Shown here in pieces: positions 1 through 9,766 of a stretch of 64,000 nucleotides of DNA. The DNA lies in contig CAVUXE010000048.1 in the NCBI GenBank assembly GCA_963745235.1, positions 1 through 64,000 on the forward strand, in the 5' to 3' direction. The DNA comes from an uncultured Spirochaetota bacterium (GTDB lineage: Bacteria > Spirochaetota > Spirochaetia > SZUA-6 > Fen-1364). The notes beneath the pieces are model-generated. The model was not told the DNA's origin. It did not search any database and saw only the letters and a list, made by a program, of their open reading frames with translations. A program made the translations under genes and the position numbers. How positions within the stretch are numbered: position 1 is the first letter of the stretch; each line of letters starts with the position of its first letter.

Positions 1-14
1 GCGCGACGAAAGGC

Positions 15-1304
15 GTGACCGTGCAGCCAACTTCCCGAACGACCGCCGGAAGGCAGACCGGTTGGACCGTGATTGCAAACCATGATTTTCGCGTGTTTCT
101 TGCGGGCAGGGGATTGGCATCACTCTCCCTCCTCATGCTCGGGGTAGCAGTGGGTTGGCATGTCTATGACCTCACCAGGAGCGCCTTCGCGCTGGGGATG
201 GTCGGACTCGTTCAATTTCTGCCCGCCCTTCTCTTTGCCCTTCCCGCCGGACTGGCAGCGGACCGTTTTGAGCGGCGCTCAATACTGCTGGCCGGTTATG
301 CGCTTGAAGTCTTCGTTGCGCTCGTGCTGCTGGCCATGTCGCTCTTCGCAACGGCACGAGCGGCGTTGATTTTTCCAGCGGTGGCCTTGATTGGGGTGGG
401 GCAAGCATTTATCAATCCTGCCGGGCAGTCGCTCGTGCCCTTTCTGGTGCGCAGAGAGGATTTTCCTCGGGCGGTTGCCTGGAGCTCGTCGGTATTTCAG
501 GTTGCCGTCATTGCCGGGCCGGCGTTGGGTGGACTTCTGTATGCGTTCGGTCCGTCCGGGGTATACGCTACCGCAGCGGGATGCATGATGATCTCGGCCT
601 TTCTTATCTCGAGGATTCGCGTCAGAGTCGTCATTGCGTCCAGTGCGGGCCCTGGATTTGAGGGACTCCTCACGGGACTGAGGTTTGTCTTTTCTCGTCC
701 CATTTTGCTTGGTGCATTGTCGCTTGACCTGTTCGCTGTTCTTCTTGGCGGGGCAACCGCGCTCATGCCAATCTTCGCCCGGGACATCCTCAACGTCGGG
801 TCGTGGGGGATGGGTCTGCTTCGGAGCGCTCCCGCCGTTGGAGCGGCCATAGTCGCTCTTGTGATCGCACAGCGACCGATCTCGCGGAAAGCAGGTCCCC
901 TCATGCTCATCTGCGTGGCGCTTTTCGGTGGGTTTACGATTGTATTTGGAATGTCGCATTCGTTCACTGTGTCACTGGCTGCGCTGACGGCGCTTGGTGC
1001 AGTGGACATGGTAAGCGTTGTCATTCGGCAAACGATGGTACAGGTCAATACTCCAAACGAGTACAGGGGCCGAGTCAGCTCCATCAACTCGATCTTCATT
1101 GGAGCTTCGAACCAGCTCGGAGAGTTCGAGTCTGGTGCCACGGCAGCTTTCTTTGGGGCCCCGCTTGCGGTTATCCTGGGGGGCGTTGGAACTATTGCCG
1201 TCGTTCTTGCCTGGACCAAACTTTTTCCGCAGCTTGGCAAAATAGATAGTCTTCTGGACGGAAAATCCGTTGGTCGATTGCCAGGCCGCCCCGGTGATGT
1301 ATAA
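15..1304 (+). CDS. MFS transporter (DHA3/EntS-like)
   Basis: 429 aa, ~12 hydrophobic segments, MFS motif A (GLAADRFERR) and C-terminal PNEYRGRV motif. Confidence 0.9.
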   Translation: MTVQPTSRTTAGRQTGWTVIANHDFRVFLAGRGLASLSLLMLGVAVGWHVYDLTRSAFALGMVGLVQFLPALLFALPAGLAADRFERRSILLAGYALEVFVALVLLAMSLFATARAALIFPAVALIGVGQAFINPAGQSLVPFLVRREDFPRAVAWSSSVFQVAVIAGPALGGLLYAFGPSGVYATAAGCMMISAFLISRIRVRVVIASSAGPGFEGLLTGLRFVFSRPILLGALSLDLFAVLLGGATALMPIFARDILNVGSWGMGLLRSAPAVGAAIVALVIAQRPISRKAGPLMLICVALFGGFTIVFGMSHSFTVSLAALTALGAVDMVSVVIRQTMVQVNTPNEYRGRVSSINSIFIGASNQLGEFESGATAAFFGAPLAVILGGVGTIAVVLAWTKLFPQLGKIDSLLDGKSVGRLPGRPGDV

Positions 1305-1373
1305 TCCCCAGAGGGATTCATGCGGCCCTTTTTTCGAGGCAAAACCATCATCATTCCTGCGACGCAGACCCAG
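1133..1373 (+). repeat. Imperfect direct repeat, copy 1 (MFS 3' end plus start of lipoprotein gene)
   Basis: 1133-1237 matches 5406-5510 with 13 mismatches in 105 nt by manual count; 1304-1373 matches pieces of 5511-5683. Confidence 0.85.
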
Positions 1374-1499
1374 AATCGACTGGACGCCCGTGGCATGAAC
1401 CGCCTTCAGCGAAGTGGCACCCTGCCCACGGTCTGGATTCCTTCGGCTGATCGAGGTGTTTCGAGCTCGCATGGGATTCACATAAGCGCACGCCGCTGA
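1320..1499 (+). pseudogene. Remnant of the 5552 lipoprotein gene 5' end
   Basis: MRPFFRGKTIIIPATQTQ versus MRPFFRGKTV...MPVTQTQ; 78-nt in-frame deletion removes the signal peptide and lipobox, then similarity stops. Confidence 0.6.
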
Positions 1500-1586
1500 A
1501 GGCCCTTCGGATAGAAAGGTCCAGCGACGCATTCAGCAAGAAACGCCGTAAGGATCTTGCGCCTTCCATTCAGCGCGAGGGTCGTT

Positions 1587-4500
1587 TCAGGGGAGACCGT
1601 TGCGGCCCCTGCAATCGACGCCTGACACCCGATTGTGCCCCCGGCGGTTGCGGAAAAGTACCCGTCCGACTTTCAACCGGCTGATGGCTCTTTTTCCGTC
1701 AGTTCCCCGTTCCCGGCAAAGGCGGCGCCGGTCCATGGTTCGCCTCCATTTGCCTCCGCCAGACTCTGCCGCTCCTCCATGCGGGCAACTCGCTTGCGCT
1801 TCGAACAAATAGAAAGCGGCAGGCACCACGAAGAACGTGAGGACTGCGGAGAGAAGAATCCCTCCCAGCATGACCATTCCCATGCTGTGTCCAAACTCGG
1901 ACCCTTCTCCGCGCCCGAGGATCAGCGGAAAGCTTATTACCAGCACCGTCATCGTAGTCATGATGATTGGGCGGAAGCGCAGCCGAGCCGACTCAGTGAG
2001 CGCCTGCACAAAGGGCATCTTGCCGACGCGTTCCACCACGAAATCAAGATACAGAATGGCGTTTTTCGCCGACAGACCGATCAGCATCAGCATGCCCATG
2101 ACTCCGAAGATGTCCAGGCCGCCCCCCATGAGATACACCAGGATCAGCGCTCCGATGAGTGCAAGGGGCACGGGCAAAAGGAGATAGATCGGGTAGCGCC
2201 ATGAGTTGAACTGCGCCGCCATGACAAGGTAAGCGAGAAAGAAAGCCAGAAGGAATGTCATGGGACCCGTTACGATAAGCTGTTGGGCAAGGGCCACCTG
2301 GTTGAAATGGCCGGCCGGGCTCAAAGCCATTCCCTGGTCCAGCAATCCTGCCTCCGTGAGATCCGAGCTGATCCGGTTCATGACGCTAAGGGGTGGAGGT
2401 GCATCAGGTTTCAAGGTGATAGTCAGCTGTCCAGCGTATTCGCGATTGTGTCTGTTGAGTGTGACCGGCGCCTGGTTCAGAACGAATGTTCCGAGTTGAC
2501 CCACCTGGACCGTCGTGTGCAGCAGCGGGGCATAGACAGGCATGTTGATCAGAGATTGCACGCCCGAAAGGGCCGTCGGGCTGGCTTGCACCTCGATGGG
2601 GTAGCTGAGACCGCCGGTGACAACACTGGATGCCTGTACGCCGGAGGCATAAACCTGCAGGTCCTGGGCGATCGTACTGGGAGTGAGCCCTGTCCCCGCC
2701 ATGCGCTCTTGATCCGGGATGAAATCGCTTTCCACTGAAGTATCAGACAGAGTGGAATATGCAGCCTCGATCCAGGGGTCCTTCTGCAGCACCTGCAGGA
2801 TCCGGTTGTTGCGATTTTCCAGAACGCTGGAATCCGGACCAATGACGTAAAGCGACAGGATGGAACCAGCGGCTCCGAATCCGCCGCCCGAGGTAACGAA
2901 GACATTGGAGGAGGGCTGGTAGCGGAACAAGGCGGCGATTGCTTTTCGGTATCGAGGAACCAGTTCAAAGACATTCCTGCGTTTCGACAGAGGAGTGAGC
3001 TGGACAACGATGTTGGCCGTATTGGCGCCCGAGAAGATGCCAGAAAGCCCGTTCGGGCTGCTCCCGATGACCGACTGCACAGTCTGGACCTCCGGCTGCT
3101 GAGAGAGAAAGGCTTCGATGCTTCCCACGTTTCTGTTCGTTACTTCCAGCGGCGTTCCCGGGGAGTTGCGTACGAAGATCTGCATGACTCCTGCATCCGT
3201 ATTTGGCACGAAAGTGAAGGGTATGCGAGGGACAAGAAAAATGGAAAGCGAGAGAATCAGTCCTGCGGACCCGGCAAGCACCCAGGGGCTTACCCTCAGA
3301 ACCCGGGCCAGGGAATTGGCGTAGCGATCACGCACCCACTCCAGCCCGGCTTCCGTCCAACCGTGCAGAAGCGTTGTCAGGGCCTGGAGGAAAGAGAGAA
3401 CGATACGGCCAAAATAGTACACGAGCCCGAGAACAAGAGGATACGTTGCCAGCGCGAGCAGATACAACGCTTTGTGGGTGAGAACAAGGATCAAAACCGC
3501 GACGACAATCCCCCCGATGATCCCGAAGGCCTTCCGCCAGCTCCTCAGACCCCAGCGGATGGCTTCGGGCAGCAGCGCCAAACTTCGCAGAAAGTCGCCC
3601 CACGTCAGAGTCTTTGACTCGGGGAAGTAGGCGAGGCGCACCGTGAGAAAGAGCAAAGCCTCCAGGAGCGAAAAACCGACCGCGGCGGCGAGCCCCAGGG
3701 AAAACTGCTGGATGTACGCGCCAATGAAGCCGCCTATGAAGCTCACCGGAATGAGCACAGCCAGCAACGACATGGTAGCGGCCACCACCGCGCTGAACAC
3801 CTCGCTGGCTCCACGCAGCACGGAGTCCCTGCGAGTCAACCCCATGGCGATATATCGGTCCACATTCTCTGAAACGACGATGGAGTCGTCGACGACGATT
3901 CCGATTGCAGTTATCAAAGCAAGCAGCGAGACCTGGTTGAGGGTGAACCCCGCCAGCCGATAGAGCAGCGGGGAAGCAGAGAGCGCGATGGGGATAGCAA
4001 AAATCACCGACAGCGCTGTGTTCAACCTTCCCAGGAACAAGAGCACGATGATTGCAACGACCAGGGCGGTCACCAACAGCTCGTGATACGTTGCATTCAC
4101 TGACGCCTTGATCGGCGTGGTCGTGTCATTGCTGTACTGCACCACCCACCCGGCCGGTAGCGTCGTCTTCCCCAATAGCTGCTTCACTCCCTCCACAACG
4201 GCTGTTGCGTTTGAATCCGTGGTTTGCTGGACGGAGAGAAGCACTTCCGGTTTCCCATTGATGCGGGCGTAATCCGTGGAGCCTGGATTTGCCCACACGG
4301 TCCCCAACTGGTCCACGTGAATGTCGCGGGTAGAATCCACAACGATACGGCCGATCTGTTGCAAGTCGGCCGGCTGGCTCTGCGTCTGGAATGTCAGGTT
4401 GTAATTATTCTTGACGATGGTCCCGATGGGCAGGTTGAGGGCCGACCGTGTGATTGCGCTCACGACGTCCTGCGCCTGCAGGTCGTAATACCGCAGCACG

Positions 4501-5117
4501 TCCGGCTTGAGGAGCACGGTGAATTGTTTGGTAGGCGCTCCGTCGGGCAGCACCGCTGCCACCCCGTTTACCCGCTCAATGGCCGGGCCGAGGACGTTCT
4601 GCACGTAGTCGCTCACGTCCACAAGGTTCACTCCAGGTCCAGAGATGCCGAACTGGAGGATGGGAAACGAGTTGGGGTCAAACGTCTCGATTACCGGCGC
4701 CGTGATGTTCGGGGGCAGACTGCCGATCGAGGCCGAAACGGCCGTAGCCACCTGGTTGGCATCCGCGTACTTGTCCGTGCTCGGGTCGAAAGTGATGATC
4801 GACAGGCCGAGCCCGAGAGAGCTTCGCGAGTCAATGTCCGTGATCCCGCTGATCGTGGAGATCGCGTTCTCGATGACTTGAGTCACCTGAAGGTCCATGA
4901 CGCTCGGAGTCGCCCCTGGGTAGATGGTCTTTACAACGACCGCGGGAATCTGTATGTCCGGCAGAAGGTCGACGCCCAGTCCGCGCAGCGACATCAGCCC
5001 GAAGACTCCAATCGCCACAAAAATGCCGATTGCGAACACGTATCGGGTCACTGAGAAGCTGACGAGAGGATTGATCTTCTTGAAGATCTTCGTCTCGTAG
5101 TTACGCAGCGTATTCAT
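1587..5117 (-). CDS. RND efflux permease, AcrB/HAE1 family
   Basis: VDLLPDI, GIVVDDSIVV, SAKNAIL and RLRFRPIIMT motifs; the tail after VVPAAFYLFE probably results from a frameshift. Confidence 0.92.
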   Translation of the reverse strand: MNTLRNYETKIFKKINPLVSFSVTRYVFAIGIFVAIGVFGLMSLRGLGVDLLPDIQIPAVVVKTIYPGATPSVMDLQVTQVIENAISTISGITDIDSRSSLGLGLSIITFDPSTDKYADANQVATAVSASIGSLPPNITAPVIETFDPNSFPILQFGISGPGVNLVDVSDYVQNVLGPAIERVNGVAAVLPDGAPTKQFTVLLKPDVLRYYDLQAQDVVSAITRSALNLPIGTIVKNNYNLTFQTQSQPADLQQIGRIVVDSTRDIHVDQLGTVWANPGSTDYARINGKPEVLLSVQQTTDSNATAVVEGVKQLLGKTTLPAGWVVQYSNDTTTPIKASVNATYHELLVTALVVAIIVLLFLGRLNTALSVIFAIPIALSASPLLYRLAGFTLNQVSLLALITAIGIVVDDSIVVSENVDRYIAMGLTRRDSVLRGASEVFSAVVAATMSLLAVLIPVSFIGGFIGAYIQQFSLGLAAAVGFSLLEALLFLTVRLAYFPESKTLTWGDFLRSLALLPEAIRWGLRSWRKAFGIIGGIVVAVLILVLTHKALYLLALATYPLVLGLVYYFGRIVLSFLQALTTLLHGWTEAGLEWVRDRYANSLARVLRVSPWVLAGSAGLILSLSIFLVPRIPFTFVPNTDAGVMQIFVRNSPGTPLEVTNRNVGSIEAFLSQQPEVQTVQSVIGSSPNGLSGIFSGANTANIVVQLTPLSKRRNVFELVPRYRKAIAALFRYQPSSNVFVTSGGGFGAAGSILSLYVIGPDSSVLENRNNRILQVLQKDPWIEAAYSTLSDTSVESDFIPDQERMAGTGLTPSTIAQDLQVYASGVQASSVVTGGLSYPIEVQASPTALSGVQSLINMPVYAPLLHTTVQVGQLGTFVLNQAPVTLNRHNREYAGQLTITLKPDAPPPLSVMNRISSDLTEAGLLDQGMALSPAGHFNQVALAQQLIVTGPMTFLLAFFLAYLVMAAQFNSWRYPIYLLLPVPLALIGALILVYLMGGGLDIFGVMGMLMLIGLSAKNAILYLDFVVERVGKMPFVQALTESARLRFRPIIMTTMTVLVISFPLILGRGEGSEFGHSMGMVMLGGILLSAVLTFFVVPAAFYLFEAQASCPHGGAAESGGGKWRRTMDRRRLCRERGTDGKRAISRLKVGRVLFRNRRGHNRVSGVDCRGRNGLP

Positions 5118-5405
5118 ATGTTCCCGGTCCCCATCCTGATGTCCTTCCCTCTGTTGTCTGTGATTTCATGGAATGAGGTTTTCGGACCCGGAAGCTCTGC
5201 CTTGCGCCGCAACAAACTCGAAATGGTCCCCCTCGTGGTGACGGTCCTGGGGGCGGGCATTGGCAGACCGATTCAAGGTTCGTCGACCTTCTTGCATATG
5301 ACCTGCAGCTTCCTGATCTACCTTCGCGAGCAATACTTGACAAAAATACTATTTGCTCGCTGCCAAGGGGAGTATTTTCACAACGTCTTTTCTGTCACCT
5401 CCCGA

Positions 5406-5683
5406 TGGTGCCACGGCAGCTTTCCTGGGGGCACCGCTTGCAGTTATCCCGGGGGGCGTTGGAACTATCGCGGTCGTTCTTGCCTGGAGCAGGCTTTTTC
5501 CCCGTCTTGGATCCCCAGAGGATTTCCGTAGATCAGTTTGGGGAGGGATTCATGCGGCCCTTCTTTCGAGGCAAAACTGTCATATGCGTCGCTGCCGCGC
5601 TGGCTGTGATGTCCTGTGCCTTGCTGCAAGGCCCATCTTCCGCAGCCGATACGGCGCTGGTCATGCCTGTGACGCAGACCCAG
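5406..5683 (+). repeat. Imperfect direct repeat, copy 2 (orphan MFS C-terminal fragment plus lipoprotein start)
   Basis: Encodes GATAAFLGAPLAVIPGGVGTIAVVLAWSRLFP, nearly identical to the C-terminus of the MFS at 15-1304. Confidence 0.85.
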
Positions 5684-6403
5684 GAAGCCGGGTTCAACTC
5701 CTTCGGCCATATCAGACTACATTTCCTGAGGGAATCAGACAAAACAGCCACGCTTTTCACCATCGACGCCACGCGTCCTTACAACGTTGCGTACGGGCTG
5801 TTGCCTGGAAAGTACTCAATCTCAGAAGCAACATTCGTTTATGATGACCGTCGGATCGCGTCTGAGTGGAATCCGAACATCTCTTTCGCAATGGAACCGG
5901 GAAAAATCACCGTCCTTGATCGGGACTTTGTCCAGCGCCAGTACTACAACGGCTCCATTCGATACATGAATGGGCAATGGGACCCCCTGACGCAGGACAG
6001 GGCAAAGGATCTGCTGACTGTCCTGTGGAAGGACGTGAACTTCAGTCAGTGGAGGTTGAGCGACAGCTCCCTCTCAAGCGGCTCGATACGACAGGCCCTG
6101 GTCGAGGTCGCCGTCTCTCAATCCGGACCATCGGCAGAAAGGCACGAGGTCCACTATGCGCAAGGCGTTGATTCAAACAACCGCGGCCTGGTCTGGACCC
6201 GCAAGGCTGACCACGAGAAAGCCATGGCTGATTTCGATAAGGCCATCGAGCTGAGTCCGAAATATTCTGAAGCCTACAAGAACCGCGCGGCGGAGAAAAC
6301 AAGGATCGGCGACAGCGAAGGTGTCACGGCGGACTCCGCAAGAGCAACGGAGCTCCAAGCGAACAAGTATGGACTATCGCTCCCACAAATACATCTAATG
6401 TAG
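5552..6403 (+). CDS. Putative lipoprotein with C-terminal TPR repeats
   Basis: ATG at 5552 after GGAGGG; signal peptide ending LAVMSC; TPR-like NRGLVW...KAMADFDKAIELSPKYSEAYKNRA. Confidence 0.75.
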   Translation: MRPFFRGKTVICVAAALAVMSCALLQGPSSAADTALVMPVTQTQEAGFNSFGHIRLHFLRESDKTATLFTIDATRPYNVAYGLLPGKYSISEATFVYDDRRIASEWNPNISFAMEPGKITVLDRDFVQRQYYNGSIRYMNGQWDPLTQDRAKDLLTVLWKDVNFSQWRLSDSSLSSGSIRQALVEVAVSQSGPSAERHEVHYAQGVDSNNRGLVWTRKADHEKAMADFDKAIELSPKYSEAYKNRAAEKTRIGDSEGVTADSARATELQANKYGLSLPQIHLM

Positions 6404-6481
6404 TATTTCTCTCCAGAACGTTTACTGCTGGATGCGGCTTTCCCCTTGTGCAGCCTCCGTAAAAAGACTATGGTGCATCCG

Positions 6482-7765
6482 ATGAAACGTCGGGTCGTGA
6501 TCACCGGGATGGGAACTATCAATCCCCTCGGTGATTCCCTTGAAGCATACTATCAAAACCTCCTCAAAGGCACGTCGGGAATCCGCCGCTGGCATACCCT
6601 GGACATGAGCAAGATCGAGTGCAAAATCGGCGGAGATATCGGGGACTATGACTGCCTTGGCGCCCTTGGGCGCTATGAAGGCGTACTGGGGCCGGAAAAA
6701 TACAAGAAAGTCAGGAAAATCTTTCGCACCACCACTTTTTCGGCCAAAGCCTCGGTTCTTTGCACCCTTGCTGCCTGGCAGGACGCAGGCCTCTTCAAAT
6801 CAGGGGTTGATCCGTTCCGTACCTCAGTTATTGTAGGCGGGCACAACCTGAACTCGAACTACATTCACGAGAACTCCCGGCGCTTTCAGGAAGACGAGGA
6901 ATCAGTGGATCCCCTGAGCGGCGTGGAAGCAATAGACCCGAACGTGCCGGCGCTCATCACCGAGGTTTTGGGGCTCCATGGGCCTACGTTCACCATTGGA
7001 GGCGCGTGCGCCAGCGGGAACCTTGCTCTCCGCGAAGGCGTGAGGGACATCCAGAGCGGAGAATCGGATACAGCGGTGATTGCCGGGGGGCTTTTCGACA
7101 TGTCTCCCGGAGACATCCAGGCTTCCGTCATCATCAACGCGGTTGTGGTGAAACCTGAATACCAGGAGCATCCGGAGAAGGCCTCCCGCCCATTTGATGT
7201 ATCCCGCGCAGGCTTCGTCTACTCCCATGGAGCGGGGACGATGATGCTGGAAGACCTGGATCGAGCCCTGGCGCGTGGCGCACAGATCTATGGGGAAGTC
7301 CTGGGGGTGCGGGCCAACGCGAACGCATGCCACCTGCCTGCTCCCGCGGCGGACATCCAGGCACGCCTCATTGGAGATCTCCTGGCATCCACGGGGACAA
7401 AGCCGACTGAGGTCGACTACGCAAGCTGCCACGCCACGGGGACCCCCGGCGGAGACCTGGAAGAGATCAACGCGATCAAGACTGCCTTCGGGGACCACGC
7501 ATACAAGATGAAGTTGAACGCCGCCAAGTCCATGCTGGGCCACACGTGCTGGGCATCCCCAATCGTTGAAACCATCGCCGGCCTGCTGGAGATGAAGCAT
7601 GGGCGGCTCCATCCCACCATCAATGTCGACCGCCAGGACCCGCGGGTGGACCTGGATGTGTGCGCGGAAGGGCCCGTGGAGCACCGCATCCGCTACATGC
7701 TGAAGAACTCCTTCGGGTTCGGCGGCATCAACGCGTGCAGCCTGATTCGCCGCTACGAGGGGTAG
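6482..7765 (+). CDS. Beta-ketoacyl-ACP synthase, PksF-like free-standing KS with catalytic Cys retained
   Basis: RRVVITGMG, DPFRTSVIVGGHN, TIGGACASG, CHATGT, KSMLGH and NSFGFGG motifs. Confidence 0.9.
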   Translation: MKRRVVITGMGTINPLGDSLEAYYQNLLKGTSGIRRWHTLDMSKIECKIGGDIGDYDCLGALGRYEGVLGPEKYKKVRKIFRTTTFSAKASVLCTLAAWQDAGLFKSGVDPFRTSVIVGGHNLNSNYIHENSRRFQEDEESVDPLSGVEAIDPNVPALITEVLGLHGPTFTIGGACASGNLALREGVRDIQSGESDTAVIAGGLFDMSPGDIQASVIINAVVVKPEYQEHPEKASRPFDVSRAGFVYSHGAGTMMLEDLDRALARGAQIYGEVLGVRANANACHLPAPAADIQARLIGDLLASTGTKPTEVDYASCHATGTPGGDLEEINAIKTAFGDHAYKMKLNAAKSMLGHTCWASPIVETIAGLLEMKHGRLHPTINVDRQDPRVDLDVCAEGPVEHRIRYMLKNSFGFGGINACSLIRRYEG

Positions 7766-7768
7766 GGG

Positions 7769-8524
7769 ATGGGCAGCGACGGGGCAGCCGCATTCATCAC
7801 CGGCGGTTCGCGAGGGATTGGCAGGTCAATCGTCATTCGCCTGGTCAGGGAGGGAATTCCGACCGCATTCACCTGGGTCGGAAACGAAGAGGCAATGCGG
7901 GAAACGATGCGCCAGGCAGAGGCCGCGAATGCGGCGGCCAAAGTGCGCGCCTACCAGATGGACGTCAGGAACCCTGCTGACGTGGAGAGCGTCGCGGAGA
8001 AGGTCATGGAGGACTTTTCCGCGGTGGGTGTCGTCGTGAACAACGCGGGGGTCATCCGCAACAACGCGGCGGCCATGATGAGCGACGAGCAGTGGCAGGA
8101 CGTCATCGCAACTGACCTGTCGGGGCCGTTCTTCGTCATCCGCAGCTTCCTGGCTCACATGATGAGCAGGCGCTGGGGACGGATCATCAACATCTCCTCC
8201 CTTGCGCAGGAAGGCTCCAGCGGGCAGGCCAACTATGCGGCGGCCAAGGCCGGGCTCATCGGCCTCACCAAGACCCTGGCCCGAGAATACGCACCACGCG
8301 GCATCACCTCCAACGTCGTGACGGTGGGGTACGTGGAAACTGACATGACGGATGCGCATATGGCCCAGAAGCTGCACGACATCTGGCTGGAGTACTGTCC
8401 GGTCAAGCGGATCGGCACCGCGGATGAGATTTCCAGCCTCGTCAGGTACCTTGCCAGTGACGAAGCGGGATTCATAAACGGTGAGGTCATCCGCGTCGCA
8501 GGAGGACTCAGCTATGTTCCGTGA
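7769..8524 (+). CDS. fabG: 3-oxoacyl-ACP reductase (FabG-like SDR)
   Basis: TGGSRGIG, NNAG, GQANYAAAK (YxxxK). Confidence 0.85.
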   Translation: MGSDGAAAFITGGSRGIGRSIVIRLVREGIPTAFTWVGNEEAMRETMRQAEAANAAAKVRAYQMDVRNPADVESVAEKVMEDFSAVGVVVNNAGVIRNNAAAMMSDEQWQDVIATDLSGPFFVIRSFLAHMMSRRWGRIINISSLAQEGSSGQANYAAAKAGLIGLTKTLAREYAPRGITSNVVTVGYVETDMTDAHMAQKLHDIWLEYCPVKRIGTADEISSLVRYLASDEAGFINGEVIRVAGGLSYVP

Positions 8525-8533
8525 GGGAGCTCT

Positions 8534-9763
8534 ATGAGACCCATCGGTATCGAGAAGATCAACCTCTATGGATCTTCTCTTTTCCTTGACCAAAGGACGC
8601 TCGCGCTTGCGCGGGACCGTGACCCGCAGAAAGTGGTCGCTGATTTCCTGATCGACACCCGCTCGCTGAACCCGCTGTACGAGGACACCGTGACCATGGG
8701 CGCCAACGCGGCCGCCCCGCTCCTCACGGATGAGGACAGGAACGGCATCGGGTTTCTCGTTGTGGGAACGGAGAGCAGCGTAGATTTCGGGAAGCCTATC
8801 AGCACCAACATCCACGGCGCCCTGGGTCTTCCGTCGAACGTGCGCAACTTCGAGACCAAGCACGCCTGCTACAGCGGCGTGGCGGCCCTGGATGCGGCGT
8901 TGAACTGGCTTGCCGCCGGCCTGAACAAGGGCCGCAAGGCGCTCGTGATCTCCACGGACTTCTCGCGCATGCACCTGCACGCGAAGGAAGAGTTCGTCCT
9001 GGGCGGCGTCGCCGTTGCCATGCTCGTGAGCGATTCACCGAAGGTAGTGGAGTACGAGCTTGCCCGGAAAGGGACATGGACCACCGATGTGTACGACACG
9101 TTTCGCCCCAGCGCCCGCCACGAGATGGGCAACAACGAGGTAAGCCTGTACAGCTACCTGGATGCTCTGGAGGGCTCCTACAACGACTATGTCGCGGGAG
9201 ATAGCGGCGGCTCGGACTTCGACACTGCGTTCGCGCAAAACTGCTACCACACTCCCTTTCCCGGGATGGCCTTTCAGGCCCATCGCACCTTGTGCAACCT
9301 CGTGCGGCCTCGGTCCAAGGCTGAGATCCAGGAGAGCTTCACCCGAAAGGTGCTGCCCTCTCTGCGCTACGCGCGGCGCGTGGGGTCGACGTACGGGGCA
9401 AGCAATTTCCTGGGGATCTGCGGCATAGCGGCGTGCCCCAACGGCATCAGCCCGGGAGAGAGGATCAGCTTCTTCTCCTACGGCTCGGGTGCAATCGGGG
9501 AGTTCTACAGCGCAATCCTCTGCCCGGAAGCGAACAGCACGGTCTCGAAAATGGCCTTTGACGCCTCGCTGGACGACCGCCAGGAGGTGGACGTTGCAGA
9601 ATATGAAGAGATAGAGAAGCAGAGGGAGGCCTGGATAGAAAAGGACACCTACACTCCGGATTTCTCCCTTCCGGCCGGCTGGTACGACAAGCACTACCTC
9701 GGGAAGAAGAAGCTCGTTCTTCGCCAGGTCAAGGATTTCTATCGAACCTACGAATGGAGCTGA
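8534..9763 (+). CDS. HMG-ACP synthase (PksG-like beta-branching HCS)
   Basis: Catalytic E/C/H in GTESS, ETKHACYSG and YHTPF; FSYGSG; adjacent to two ECHs and an ACP. Confidence 0.88.
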   Translation: MRPIGIEKINLYGSSLFLDQRTLALARDRDPQKVVADFLIDTRSLNPLYEDTVTMGANAAAPLLTDEDRNGIGFLVVGTESSVDFGKPISTNIHGALGLPSNVRNFETKHACYSGVAALDAALNWLAAGLNKGRKALVISTDFSRMHLHAKEEFVLGGVAVAMLVSDSPKVVEYELARKGTWTTDVYDTFRPSARHEMGNNEVSLYSYLDALEGSYNDYVAGDSGGSDFDTAFAQNCYHTPFPGMAFQAHRTLCNLVRPRSKAEIQESFTRKVLPSLRYARRVGSTYGASNFLGICGIAACPNGISPGERISFFSYGSGAIGEFYSAILCPEANSTVSKMAFDASLDDRQEVDVAEYEEIEKQREAWIEKDTYTPDFSLPAGWYDKHYLGKKKLVLRQVKDFYRTYEWS

Positions 9764-9766
9764 GCC

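Noticed and set aside
8534-9763. Mevalonate-pathway HMG-CoA synthase (mvaS)
   Set aside because: There is no HMG-CoA reductase, thiolase or mevalonate kinase nearby; the ECH1/ECH2/GANS-ACP/KS context fits beta-branching.
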